Below the pieces are notes generated by a model. That model searched no databases. It saw only the letters and a list, made by a program, of their open reading frames with translations, and was not told the DNA's origin. Of a DNA stretch of 64,000 nucleotides, positions 1 to 9,005 are shown one piece after another; the stretch's first letter is position 1, and each line of letters begins with the position of its first letter. The stretch is from an uncultured Acidobacteriota bacterium (GTDB taxonomy: Bacteria; Acidobacteriota; Vicinamibacteria; Vicinamibacterales; UBA8438). The DNA is taken from NCBI GenBank assembly GCA_913043225.1, contig CAJWLU010000009.1:32001-96000 (forward strand), given 5' to 3'. A program made the position numbers and the translations under genes.

Positions 1-1
1 C

Positions 2-793
2 CTCGAGGGTGAGGTGCTGTCCGAGACCCAGCCGTTCCCGACCAAGCCGCCGGCCTTCGAGTATCAGGGGGTCAGCATCGATGACCTAGTCGATTTCACT
101 CCCGAGATCCGAGCGCTGGCGGTGGAGACGGTGAAGGACTTTCGGCTGGGGCCGCTCTATTCGCCGCCAATGCGCACCATCGATGGGGTAACACAGGGCA
201 CCATTCAGCGACCGGCCATTGATGGCGGCGCCAACCTGCAGGGCTCTGGCGTGGACCCGGAGACTGGAGTCCTCTACGTGCCGTCGAATAACTCGTTCTC
301 GGTGCTGAAGTACTTCACGCCTGACCCGGCCGAAGGTGGAAATCTGCGCTATACACAAAGTGGATTCGGCAGTGGACGTCAGCCGCGGATGCCGCAGGGG
401 CTGCCGCTCTTTAAACCGCCCTATTCACGGGTGACGGCCATCGACCTAAACCAGGGCGACATCTCGTGGATGCAGCCCAACGGCGATGGCGACCGGTTCC
501 GTAACCATCCCCGGCTGCGCGATCTGAACCTGCCGTCGCTTGGTGGCGATGGACGCGGCGGTCCGGTCATCACCAAGACGCTGCTGATTAGCGCGTTAAC
601 CGCAGGAGGAAGCGACGGCGGGCCGCGGCTGATCGCCCGAGACAAGGTGACGGGCGAGATCGTAGGTTCGGTCGACTTGCCAGCCGGCGCGCTCGGCACG
701 CCGATGACCTACATGCACGAGGGGCGGCAGTACATCGGGCTCACCATTGGCGGCGAGACGCCGGAGTTGATCGCGATGGCGGTGCCAGAGTAG
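2..793 (+). CDS. PQQ-dependent dehydrogenase, GDH-like (5'-truncated, C-terminal part)
   Basis: Frame open from the window edge. Motifs TQPFPTKPP, AVDPETG-like GVDPETG, LPLFKPPYSRVTAIDL and GTPMTY..GRQY; close paralog of 9006..11102. Confidence 0.9.
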   Translation, partial: LEGEVLSETQPFPTKPPAFEYQGVSIDDLVDFTPEIRALAVETVKDFRLGPLYSPPMRTIDGVTQGTIQRPAIDGGANLQGSGVDPETGVLYVPSNNSFSVLKYFTPDPAEGGNLRYTQSGFGSGRQPRMPQGLPLFKPPYSRVTAIDLNQGDISWMQPNGDGDRFRNHPRLRDLNLPSLGGDGRGGPVITKTLLISALTAGGSDGGPRLIARDKVTGEIVGSVDLPAGALGTPMTYMHEGRQYIGLTIGGETPELIAMAVPE

Positions 794-893
794 CCGGTAG
801 CGGCGCCCTACACCCGGCTCGTCGGTGCGTGTCGTGCGGTCTCTGCTGCACGGTGCTTCTTGTCAGTAGCTTCCCAGTCCGAAAACTATCAGT

Positions 894-2108
894 GTGATGA
901 CGCGAAGCAAGCTCAAGCCGGCGCTACCGGTCGTGGTGGGAGGTTGCCTGCTTGTGATGCTGTCGTTCGGCTATCGCGCCGGATTCGGACTGTTCATGCA
1001 GCCGATGTCCGAGGCGCGCGGATGGGGCCGCGACGTGCTGTCGATGGCGCTGGCGGTGCAGAACCTGGCGTGGGGGGGTATCGCGGTGCTGGCCGGCGGC
1101 ATCGCCGACCGCTATGGCAACTTGCGAGTGCTGCTTGCGGGCGTGGTTCTCTACGCCGGTGGCATGTGGGGGATGTCGCAGGTCACGACCGAGCTGGGGA
1201 TCATCTCGACCGCCGGTCTGCTGGTAGGGGCCGGGGTGGCTGGCACCTCGTTCGGCATCGTGTTACCCGCCTTTGCGCGGGCGGTGCCGGCAGACCGCCG
1301 TGCCTGGGCGCTGGGGCTTGGCACCGCTGCCGGGAGTGTGGGGCAGTTTCTCGTGGTGCCGGTGATTCAGGAGCTCATCGGATGGGTGGGCTGGATGCAG
1401 TCGCTTCAGATCCTTGGGTTGTCGGCATTCGTCATGGTGGCCTTCGCGTTGCCGCTGGCTTCTTTTAGCGGAGCTGCTGAGGGTGGCGCCGCCGAGCCGA
1501 TCCCGATGCGGCAGGTCTTGGGCCGTGCGCTCGGGGTCCGCTCCTATCAGTTACTCGTCGCGGGGTTCTTCGTATGCGGCTTCCATGTGGCGTTCATCAC
1601 GGTCCATATGCCGGCGTATCTGGTCGATCTCGGTTTCACTCCGCGCATCGGAGCATGGAGCATCAGCCTGATCGGTCTCTTCAACATCGTGGGCGCCTAC
1701 GTCTCCGGCATCGCCTCGGGACGGCATCCGCAGCGGAAGATTCTCGCCGGACTCTACCTGGGTCGGGTCGCGGCCATCGGTCTGTTTCTGGCGATTCCGA
1801 TCTCGCTCGCCAGTGTCGTGGTGTTTAGTTCGTTGATGGGCTTGCTGTGGCTGGCCACCGTACCTCCCACCTCAGGATTGGTGGCCGAGTTTTTCGGCAC
1901 GCGCTACATGACGCTGCTCTACGGGCTAGTTTTTCTCAGCCACCAGGTAGGTAGTTTCATTGGGATCTGGCTGGGCGGATGGCTGTACGCGAATGTCGGG
2001 AATTACAACGGTATTTGGATCGCGGGGATGATCCTTGGCGCGGTCGCCGCGGCGCTGCATTGGCCAATCGAAGAGCGGAGCCACGCGGCACAGCTCAAGA
2101 CGGCCTAA
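894..2108 (+). CDS. MFS transporter
   Basis: About 12 hydrophobic segments; motif A-like GGIADRYG; 404 aa. Confidence 0.9.
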   Translation: MMTRSKLKPALPVVVGGCLLVMLSFGYRAGFGLFMQPMSEARGWGRDVLSMALAVQNLAWGGIAVLAGGIADRYGNLRVLLAGVVLYAGGMWGMSQVTTELGIISTAGLLVGAGVAGTSFGIVLPAFARAVPADRRAWALGLGTAAGSVGQFLVVPVIQELIGWVGWMQSLQILGLSAFVMVAFALPLASFSGAAEGGAAEPIPMRQVLGRALGVRSYQLLVAGFFVCGFHVAFITVHMPAYLVDLGFTPRIGAWSISLIGLFNIVGAYVSGIASGRHPQRKILAGLYLGRVAAIGLFLAIPISLASVVVFSSLMGLLWLATVPPTSGLVAEFFGTRYMTLLYGLVFLSHQVGSFIGIWLGGWLYANVGNYNGIWIAGMILGAVAAALHWPIEERSHAAQLKTA

Positions 2109-2410
2109 GCGTAGCGTCCTAGGGTAAGGCCAGCGCGACCAGCTGGGGCGGACAGGAGCCGTCCCCTCGCCGGCCGGCGTTGCTGACTGGGCGCGGGCGC
2201 CAGGCAGCGGCACCGGTAGGCAAGAGAGCGCTGCCGCTATCTTCCTTGACGCCAGCATGTTGAGCGCTGACGAGGATAGCGACATGAACCCGCCTGGTGC
2301 CGACCTCGGCTGACGGTGGTCGTCTAGTTATCCAATGCGGCCCGTGCGAGTGGGTCACCGACTTCGAAGTGATCCACTAGGAGTGTTGACTGTTGGACAG
2401 GGCGATAGTC

Positions 2411-2533
2411 TCATGAGCGCCTGTCTGATCCCATTCCGTAACGCGTCGGCGCCCGCTTCGTGGCGTGGTAGATCGAGTTGAAGGGGAAGATCACCAGTCC
2501 ACCGAGCGCAGTGGCGGTGATGTCCAGCCCCAC
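2411..2533 (-). pseudogene. possible short-chain dehydrogenase (SDR) remnant
   Basis: Reads GLDITATALGGLVIFPFNSIYHATK, resembling the SDR S..YxxxK catalytic segment, then degenerates and stops. Confidence 0.4.
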
Positions 2534-2534
2534 T

Positions 2535-3527
2535 CTACAGCGTGGCCAGCTTCTCGAACAGATCGTGGAAGACGGCGTCGCGGAAGACGTTGTTGGCCAC
2601 CCTGATCGAGTGACGTCCGGTGTCTGACTCCCATCGCATGTCGTCGGTTAGCACCGGGCTGTCAACGATCTCAGACGGTACCCACTCCGGGTTGATTAGC
2701 CAGGCGATGGCCGAGATGTCCCAGATCACCTTCGACCAAGGGTAGGTATCGGTCCGTCGGCCGCGGTTCATGGCCCGGGCGTAGTACTGCAGGAACTGGC
2801 CGTGGAGATAGTCTCCCAGCAGTGACCGTCCCTGGAGCTGTTCGGTCAATTCCGGGACCGTGGTTCGGAGATGTTCCGACACGTTCTTGGTCGGAATTTG
2901 CACAAGTGGCACGCCGCTATCGAAGAGCACCTGTGAGGCGATGACGTCCTGTTGGAGATTGAACTCGCGTGCCGACGGCCAATAGTGGGTGGTTCCGCCA
3001 AGCCAAACGACGACGATGCGTTCCTTGATCCGCGGCTCCATCAGTATCGCCGACGACACGTTGACAGGGCCTCCGATGGTCAGGACATACAGCGGTTCGT
3101 CGCCGCTGTTCATCGCCTTGTTGATTAGATCGCGCGCCGCCGGACTGTCGATCGGACGGTCGACGCTCTCGAAGTAGCGGTCGGAGCCACGGAGCACGAT
3201 TCTCTCGTCGATATCAGGGAAGAAGGCGAGCAGCCGGAGAATCTCTTTGTAGCTCTGCTCCATCCCGACGGCCGCGGTCGGCGACAGAGCGTTGACGAAC
3301 GGTGCCGCATAGATCGCCTTGACATCCATCCGGTCGGGCGACAGGAGGCTGTAGGCCACCGCATACTGGTCATCGATCTCGTTGAAAGTGTCGGTGTCGA
3401 GCACCACCTGCAACCGTCCTGGTGGAGGCAGCGCCAGTCGGCGCTCGAGGTCGACGGGCTGGGCGCGGACCGTCTGGGCGACGGCAAGCGTGGCAGTGGC
3501 TTGAAACAGCTGGCGGCGGGTGAGCAT
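2535..3527 (-). CDS. inosine/uridine-preferring nucleoside hydrolase family protein, Tat-exported
   Basis: Asp cluster DTDTFNEIDD, EFNL..D and IWD motifs; N-terminal TRRQLF twin-arginine signal. Confidence 0.88.
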   Translation of the reverse strand: MLTRRQLFQATATLAVAQTVRAQPVDLERRLALPPPGRLQVVLDTDTFNEIDDQYAVAYSLLSPDRMDVKAIYAAPFVNALSPTAAVGMEQSYKEILRLLAFFPDIDERIVLRGSDRYFESVDRPIDSPAARDLINKAMNSGDEPLYVLTIGGPVNVSSAILMEPRIKERIVVVWLGGTTHYWPSAREFNLQQDVIASQVLFDSGVPLVQIPTKNVSEHLRTTVPELTEQLQGRSLLGDYLHGQFLQYYARAMNRGRRTDTYPWSKVIWDISAIAWLINPEWVPSEIVDSPVLTDDMRWESDTGRHSIRVANNVFRDAVFHDLFEKLATL

Positions 3528-3620
3528 ACCCAGGATTCTAGCTCTAGAGGGAGGGCGCTAGGTTGGCCACCCGGTGCTTACCTCGGTAGAAACCCAACGC
3601 TCCGGTATGATGCGGGCATC

Positions 3621-5414
3621 ATGACCACATCCATCTCGTTGGCCCGGTTCCAGGCGGTTCTGGGCGTGCTGCTGTGTCTGGCTACTTCCGGAATCGCGCA
3701 GCCGGCCAGCGACGACTTCGTCCCGGTGACTGACGCCATGCTTCGCGATCCCGACCCCGGAGATTGGCTCATGGCGCACCGTACCTATGACTTTCACGGG
3801 TTCAGTCCGCTCGATCAGATCGACCGTGACAATGTGGGTGAGCTGCGGCTGGTCTGGATGCGCGCCATGGACGAGGGCCCCCAGCAGTTCCGGCCGCTGG
3901 TCTATGACGGGGTCATGTACATCGCCAACCCGGGCAGCGATCATCTGCAGGCCATCGATGCCACGACAGGTGACCTCGTCTGGGATTACCGCTGGGCCGC
4001 GCCGGCGGACCTGCGAGAGTACTCGCAACTCGGCAACCGGACCCGCAGTCTCGCCATCTACGGGCGGAACATTCTGCACCTGACGGCAGATTCGCACATC
4101 ATCGCGGTGGATGCCCGGACCGGCGAGCTGGCCTGGGAGAGCGAGATGTCCGATCACCAGAGCGGTATGTCCCATTCGTCCGGTGCCATGGTCATCGACG
4201 GGCAGGTGATGAGCGGTCGCGCGTGCAGCCCGCGTCCCGATTCTGGCCGCTGCTTCATCGCGTCGAACGATGCGTCGACTGGAGCCGAAGCATGGCGGTT
4301 CTACACCGCCGCGGGGGCAGATGACCCGGGTGGACAGACCTGGGGTGGTGTGCCGGCCTCGCGTCGCGGACACGTGTCGCCTTGGGGACTCCCGGGGAGT
4401 TACGACCCGGACCTTGGACTCGTCTACTGGGGCATTGCGGTGCCCTCGCCCTACACCCGCATCATGCGGCACGGGGCGTGGGACATTGGCGACAGCACGC
4501 CGTGCGAGCTGTACTCCAACTCGACGGTGGCGCTTTCGGTCGAGACGGGCGCCCTTGACTGGTACTACCAGCACCTACCGTGTGACGACTGGGATCAGGA
4601 CTTCGTCCAGGAACGGACGTTGGTCGATCTCGTGGTGAATCCAGATCCTGAGGCGGTGCGCTGGATCAATCCGAAGATCGCCGGTAGTCCGCAGGAGCGG
4701 AAAGTGGTGGTCACGATGGGCGAGCCGGGGGGGCTCTTCGTGAACGACCGCGAGACGGGCGAGTTTCTCTGGGCGGCCCCGCTGCCATACACGTCGACCG
4801 AGCGTTTCGTTATCCGTGATATCGATCCGGCCACCGGACAGGTGTTTATCAACATGGACCTGGTGGCACGCGAAGTGGGGGAGCAGCACATCATTTGTGG
4901 TCACAACGTGAAGGGCTGGTGGTCGTGGTCCTATAGCGCGCAGACCGGCCTGCTCTACATCCCGTTTAACCGTTCCTGTTTGAATCAGACAGCCAACGAC
5001 CGAACCGTGACTGGCACCGGCCCTCGCTTTACGCAGCCCGAACCCGGTTTGGAGGAGGATGGTGACCTCACCGAGTTGCGCGCCATTGACCTGTCGACTG
5101 GACGTGAGGCTTGGCGCTTCTCGCAGCGGGCGCCCAACGCCGGCTCGACGCTGGCGACTGGAGGCAACATCGTGTTCCACGGCGACCTCAACCGCCGGTT
5201 CCGCGCGTTCGACGCCGAAACGGGCGAGATCTTGTGGCAGACCATACTAGGGAGTCAGATCACCGGTTATCCGGTGTCTTACATTGCTGATGGACGGCAA
5301 TACGTCACCGTGCCGGTGGGTGGGGCGTCGATCTTCCGGATGGACCAGTACGCGCCTGAACTGGAGGCGCCCATCGGAAGCAACATGCTGGTGACGTTCG
5401 CCCTGCCGAAATAG
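3621..5414 (+). CDS. PQQ-dependent dehydrogenase (alcohol DH-like), secreted
   Basis: Signal peptide; DWL..HRTY..HGFSPLDQI, YDPDLGLVYWG, WYYQH..DDWDQD, P.SY..DGRQY. ATG at 3621 preferred over TTG at 3501. Confidence 0.88.
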   Translation: MTTSISLARFQAVLGVLLCLATSGIAQPASDDFVPVTDAMLRDPDPGDWLMAHRTYDFHGFSPLDQIDRDNVGELRLVWMRAMDEGPQQFRPLVYDGVMYIANPGSDHLQAIDATTGDLVWDYRWAAPADLREYSQLGNRTRSLAIYGRNILHLTADSHIIAVDARTGELAWESEMSDHQSGMSHSSGAMVIDGQVMSGRACSPRPDSGRCFIASNDASTGAEAWRFYTAAGADDPGGQTWGGVPASRRGHVSPWGLPGSYDPDLGLVYWGIAVPSPYTRIMRHGAWDIGDSTPCELYSNSTVALSVETGALDWYYQHLPCDDWDQDFVQERTLVDLVVNPDPEAVRWINPKIAGSPQERKVVVTMGEPGGLFVNDRETGEFLWAAPLPYTSTERFVIRDIDPATGQVFINMDLVAREVGEQHIICGHNVKGWWSWSYSAQTGLLYIPFNRSCLNQTANDRTVTGTGPRFTQPEPGLEEDGDLTELRAIDLSTGREAWRFSQRAPNAGSTLATGGNIVFHGDLNRRFRAFDAETGEILWQTILGSQITGYPVSYIADGRQYVTVPVGGASIFRMDQYAPELEAPIGSNMLVTFALPK

Positions 5415-5417
5415 CGA

Positions 5418-6401
5418 CTATCTGGCCTCCTCGACCCTCGCGCCGGCCAGCGTGTTCTCCATTCCGTAGTTGCCTTCGTGGCAGGCGTACTCATGAAGGT
5501 CGCCGGCCACTCTCGTCATCGGCACTACGGCAGTGAACCGGTCGGTGAAGGTGGCCGGATCGTCCACGGTGAACTCGTAGTTCACGGTCACCGCGTCAAT
5601 CCGTGTGAACTTTTCGGTCAGAACCTTCTCGGTGGAGGTGCCGAACGCGCTGAAGCTCTTGGTCAGACCGTTGAAGTTCTTGGTCACAACTACAAGCGTG
5701 TCGCCCTCCCAGTGCCCGCGCGCGCTACCCGACCATAGTCCGATGTCGTCGTCGAGCGGTGCCTGCTCGCCGATTGGCACCACTCGGGCGTCGTGAATCA
5801 TCTCGGTGAGAATCACGACATGGTCCTCGTTCTGGACGAGCTGGACGTTATTGTTGTAGAGGCTAGGGACGAACGGCGGTCCAGAATTGAAGCCGACGAT
5901 ACATCGTTCCGACAGACCACGGTCTTCCGGGCCGTCCTTGCTGATTCCGCCGACCACGAAGCGTACGGGTCGCACGCCGGAGACGTCGTCGCCTAGGCCA
6001 CCGGCGATCGAATCCACCTCTGCGACGCGGGCCGGCAGCCGGCCGTTCGCGGGATACACCAGGTGGGATGTCCTGATGTAATCCGTGATGCCGGCGCTCT
6101 CCACCCAAAAATCGTTGTAGGCGCCAGGATTGCCAGGTCCCGATGGAACCGCCTGATCGGAAGCGGCGTCGCGCGCGGCCAGCCGCTGGTTCAGCTGGGC
6201 TATCTCTTCAGCGGTCATGAATTCCCGGTCGCCGAACCGACGCGGGCGCTGAATCGGCACGTTCGAGGAGAAGTTCCAGACTCCTTCGAGTGACGGTTTA
6301 CCCCACGGGTTCAGGGGGATTTCCGATTCGATTGGATCCTGGCCCGCGAACGCCGGTACCGACAGGGTCAGGGCTACGCCGACCATCAGCAGTGCTTTCA
6401 T
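5418..6401 (-). CDS. conserved secreted hypothetical protein ('PxLxGxW...EYACHEGN' family), copy 1
   Basis: Signal peptide; WGKPSLEGVW, YNDFW, ERCIVG, WEGDTLVV and EYACHEGNY shared with two paralogs in the window. Confidence 0.85.
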   Translation of the reverse strand: MKALLMVGVALTLSVPAFAGQDPIESEIPLNPWGKPSLEGVWNFSSNVPIQRPRRFGDREFMTAEEIAQLNQRLAARDAASDQAVPSGPGNPGAYNDFWVESAGITDYIRTSHLVYPANGRLPARVAEVDSIAGGLGDDVSGVRPVRFVVGGISKDGPEDRGLSERCIVGFNSGPPFVPSLYNNNVQLVQNEDHVVILTEMIHDARVVPIGEQAPLDDDIGLWSGSARGHWEGDTLVVVTKNFNGLTKSFSAFGTSTEKVLTEKFTRIDAVTVNYEFTVDDPATFTDRFTAVVPMTRVAGDLHEYACHEGNYGMENTLAGARVEEAR

Positions 6402-6622
6402 AACTTCCCCCAGAGGGCAAGTCTACGGGAGGTCGGTGTGAAGTGGACGGACGAATTTTGCCAGTTGCGCCCGCCCGGCCGTCGGCGGACAAGCGCCTGC
6501 TCGGAGTGCGCCGGTGCGGCGTCGAGGGCACGCTCCACTTCCACTTCTCCTCCCGGGCTGTCAGATGCATGGCCCCCGCAAGAGGGACGCGTACTCGAGG
6601 CGTCTGTTGATTCCAGATGCAC

Positions 6623-7624
6623 TCAGGTGTCAAGCAGGTCGACTATGGCCTGGTCGATGTCTGCCTTTCCGATTGGATCGAGTCCGCTGCCCGCGATGTG
6701 TCCTAGGTCCGAGTCGATGACACGAAGTTCCGCGTTGGGCATCCGAGATACTTCATAGTCGCTATCGGCCACACGGAAATACAAATCTGTCTTGCCCGGC
6801 ATGACGATGGCGCGAGAAGTGATCGCTTGCAGAGCCTTGTCGAAATCTCCGCCAAAACGACCGTTGTCAGAAATATCTGCGGCCTGCCACGTCGCGAGCA
6901 TTCCCAATAGATCGTTTGCCTCTCGTCGGTAGAAGTAATCCTTCATGAATCCAATGACGTCGTGGGTCTTCTCCATGCCCAGATCCTTGAACAACTCTTT
7001 CCTAAAGAACTCCTGCGAAAAAACCCACCCCCCGTACACGGTAGCAAATGCCTGCATCCCCATCTCAGGACGGGCGGTATATTCACCGTTGTTGAATTCC
7101 GGGTCGGCTAGAAGCGCAGATTTGACGCCTTCCAGGAAGAACCAGTTGTGCTTGGAGACTCTGGCGGCACCGCAAATGGGAAGGATCGCATCCACCATAT
7201 CTGAATGCTGGGCTCCCCATTCGAAAGAGTGCAACCCGCCCATGCTGAAGCCCATCACTAGTCTTAGCCTCTCGAGGCCGAGTTCTTGTGTGATGAGTTG
7301 ATGCTGGGCTCGAACGTTATCGTGAACGGTGCATAACGGGAATCTGGGTCCGTCCCACGGGGGCGGCGTGTTGCTCGGCGACGATGAGAGTGAGTTGGAC
7401 AGCATGTTGACAACGATGACGCAATGGCCAGAGAGATCAAGTACGTCGGAGCGAGCAAACAGAGCTTCTGCGTCTTCGTGGGTGGCTGAGTAGGATGTGA
7501 CGACCAGGATGGCGTTGTCTCGAGTCGCGCTCAATTCTCCATGCTTCGCATACACGAGATTTATGTCGATCGTTTCGCCATTCTGTGTCGTGAAGTCTTT
7601 GATTAGACAGTCGCTCAGTTGCAT
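6623..7624 (-). CDS. homoserine O-acetyltransferase-like alpha/beta hydrolase (MetX/CefG superfamily)
   Basis: Nucleophile elbow GFSMGG, acid in TDLYF, His in LGH, FP..TVHDNV..Q. Lacks the typical MetX HALTG motif. Confidence 0.8.
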   Translation of the reverse strand: MQLSDCLIKDFTTQNGETIDINLVYAKHGELSATRDNAILVVTSYSATHEDAEALFARSDVLDLSGHCVIVVNMLSNSLSSSPSNTPPPWDGPRFPLCTVHDNVRAQHQLITQELGLERLRLVMGFSMGGLHSFEWGAQHSDMVDAILPICGAARVSKHNWFFLEGVKSALLADPEFNNGEYTARPEMGMQAFATVYGGWVFSQEFFRKELFKDLGMEKTHDVIGFMKDYFYRREANDLLGMLATWQAADISDNGRFGGDFDKALQAITSRAIVMPGKTDLYFRVADSDYEVSRMPNAELRVIDSDLGHIAGSGLDPIGKADIDQAIVDLLDT

Positions 7625-8065
7625 CTTGTTATCCCTCTGGCTGGCTTAAACGCCGACATCATCATTCGACCCTTGAAGCGTTGAGGCCCAGAGGCTCGAC
7701 TACCCGGTGCTTTGCCGCGGGTGCGCGGAGGCCCACTCACAAGTGCGGCGTCGGGCTTCGGTGATTCGCTCTGAGGCACGTCGCAATGTGCTTACTGCAA
7801 GTAAATAAGCTGACTCACTGTTGTCTTTGATGTCTTGGTGAAACAGCTACTGGTGAATTCAGTAGAATACGCATATCTCGTAATCGCACCCGGTGCCAGC
7901 GCATGCAATCGAACTGGAATAAGAGTGCTGGGACTGTTCGTGGCCAGACTTTGTGGCCGAAGGAAGCCACCTTCGAACGCGGAGAAGAGCGCCGAAGAAA
8001 CTTCAACTCGAGACTCGGAAGGCATGGTGTTGGTGAAGGACGAGCTAATCATAGGAGGCAAGGTC

Positions 8066-8815
8066 GTGAAGTGTAGAGCATTCGGTTTTGCAGTAGCGGC
8101 CGCGCTTGTGGCCGTGGTGTTTCCTGGGCCTGCGTACGGGCAAACAGAGAACATTGCGCAAGCCTACGTTCATACGGTGCAGCTAGACATGGTGGCGCAG
8201 TTCGAGGAGGCCGTGAAACGGCACGTCCAGTGGCGCAAGCAAAATGGCGATCCTTGGGAATGGGTGTGGTACCAAGTAGTCAATGGTGACGGTCTTGGCC
8301 GGTATCTCGTTCGATCGGGGAATCATCGTTGGGCTGACCTGGATACCCGTTACGCCTGGGACGATCGCGTCGGAGCCGGCAGCCATTTCATGGCGACGGT
8401 CGGGCCGTACATTGAGACCGAGAACAGTGCTATCAGTCAGCTAGATGGGGCGCTGTCTCGCCCTCTAGACGACTACAGCGAGATCACGCTCTTTACTGTC
8501 ACAGAGTTTGACGTGAGATTGCCTGGTCAATTTCGCGAGGCGATCACAAAAATAGGACAGGGCCTTGATCGTGGCGGCTGGGAGCGGCCATACCTGTGGC
8601 AGATGGCGGCCAACGGAGGAGCCATCGATGCAACGCTTGTCATACCGGCTAGGGATTGGAGCGAGTTGGCACCACCTGAAAGGTCACTGCCAATGGTGAT
8701 GGCCGAGGTGTATGGACAGGAAGAGGCGAACGAACTGATGGACAGCCTTGCACGGTCAATTCGTTCCCAGAGCAATTACACCCTGAAGGTGCGTCGAGAC
8801 TTGTCCTTGCCATAG
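8066..8815 (+). CDS. secreted hypothetical protein (possibly dimeric alpha+beta barrel-like)
   Basis: AGGAGG upstream of GTG 8066; signal peptide ending AYG; two internally similar halves. Confidence 0.65.
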   Translation: MKCRAFGFAVAAALVAVVFPGPAYGQTENIAQAYVHTVQLDMVAQFEEAVKRHVQWRKQNGDPWEWVWYQVVNGDGLGRYLVRSGNHRWADLDTRYAWDDRVGAGSHFMATVGPYIETENSAISQLDGALSRPLDDYSEITLFTVTEFDVRLPGQFREAITKIGQGLDRGGWERPYLWQMAANGGAIDATLVIPARDWSELAPPERSLPMVMAEVYGQEEANELMDSLARSIRSQSNYTLKVRRDLSLP

Positions 8816-8829
8816 TGCATCGGGCAGAA

Positions 8830-8872
8830 GCAGCTGACTGCGGTGCTGAACGAAGGGGGCGCAGTCAGTTGC
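8830..8872 (+). terminator. stem-loop downstream of CDS (possible terminator)
   Basis: 13-bp inverted repeat GCAGCTGACTGCG / CGCAGTCAGTTGC with one G-U pair; no U tract. Confidence 0.4.
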
Positions 8873-9005
8873 GGTGGTCGGCGGTGAGGCCGATGAGCAT
8901 GGTGCTCGCGTTGCGCGTGTGAGGCCCAGGTCTGCCCTGTCTCATGGCGCGGGTGAGATAGGATGCAGCCGACGCTGCGTGAATGCGGCCAGAGACGGAG
9001 TACAG

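Noticed and set aside
6398..6622. 74-aa ORF bridging the MetX-like gene and the EYACHEGN gene
   Set aside because: No motif and low-information composition; more likely a promoter-containing spacer.
7625..8065. Possible SAM/SAH riboswitch upstream of the MetX-like gene
   Set aside because: No recognisable SAM-I/II or SAH consensus by eye; an Rfam scan would be needed.
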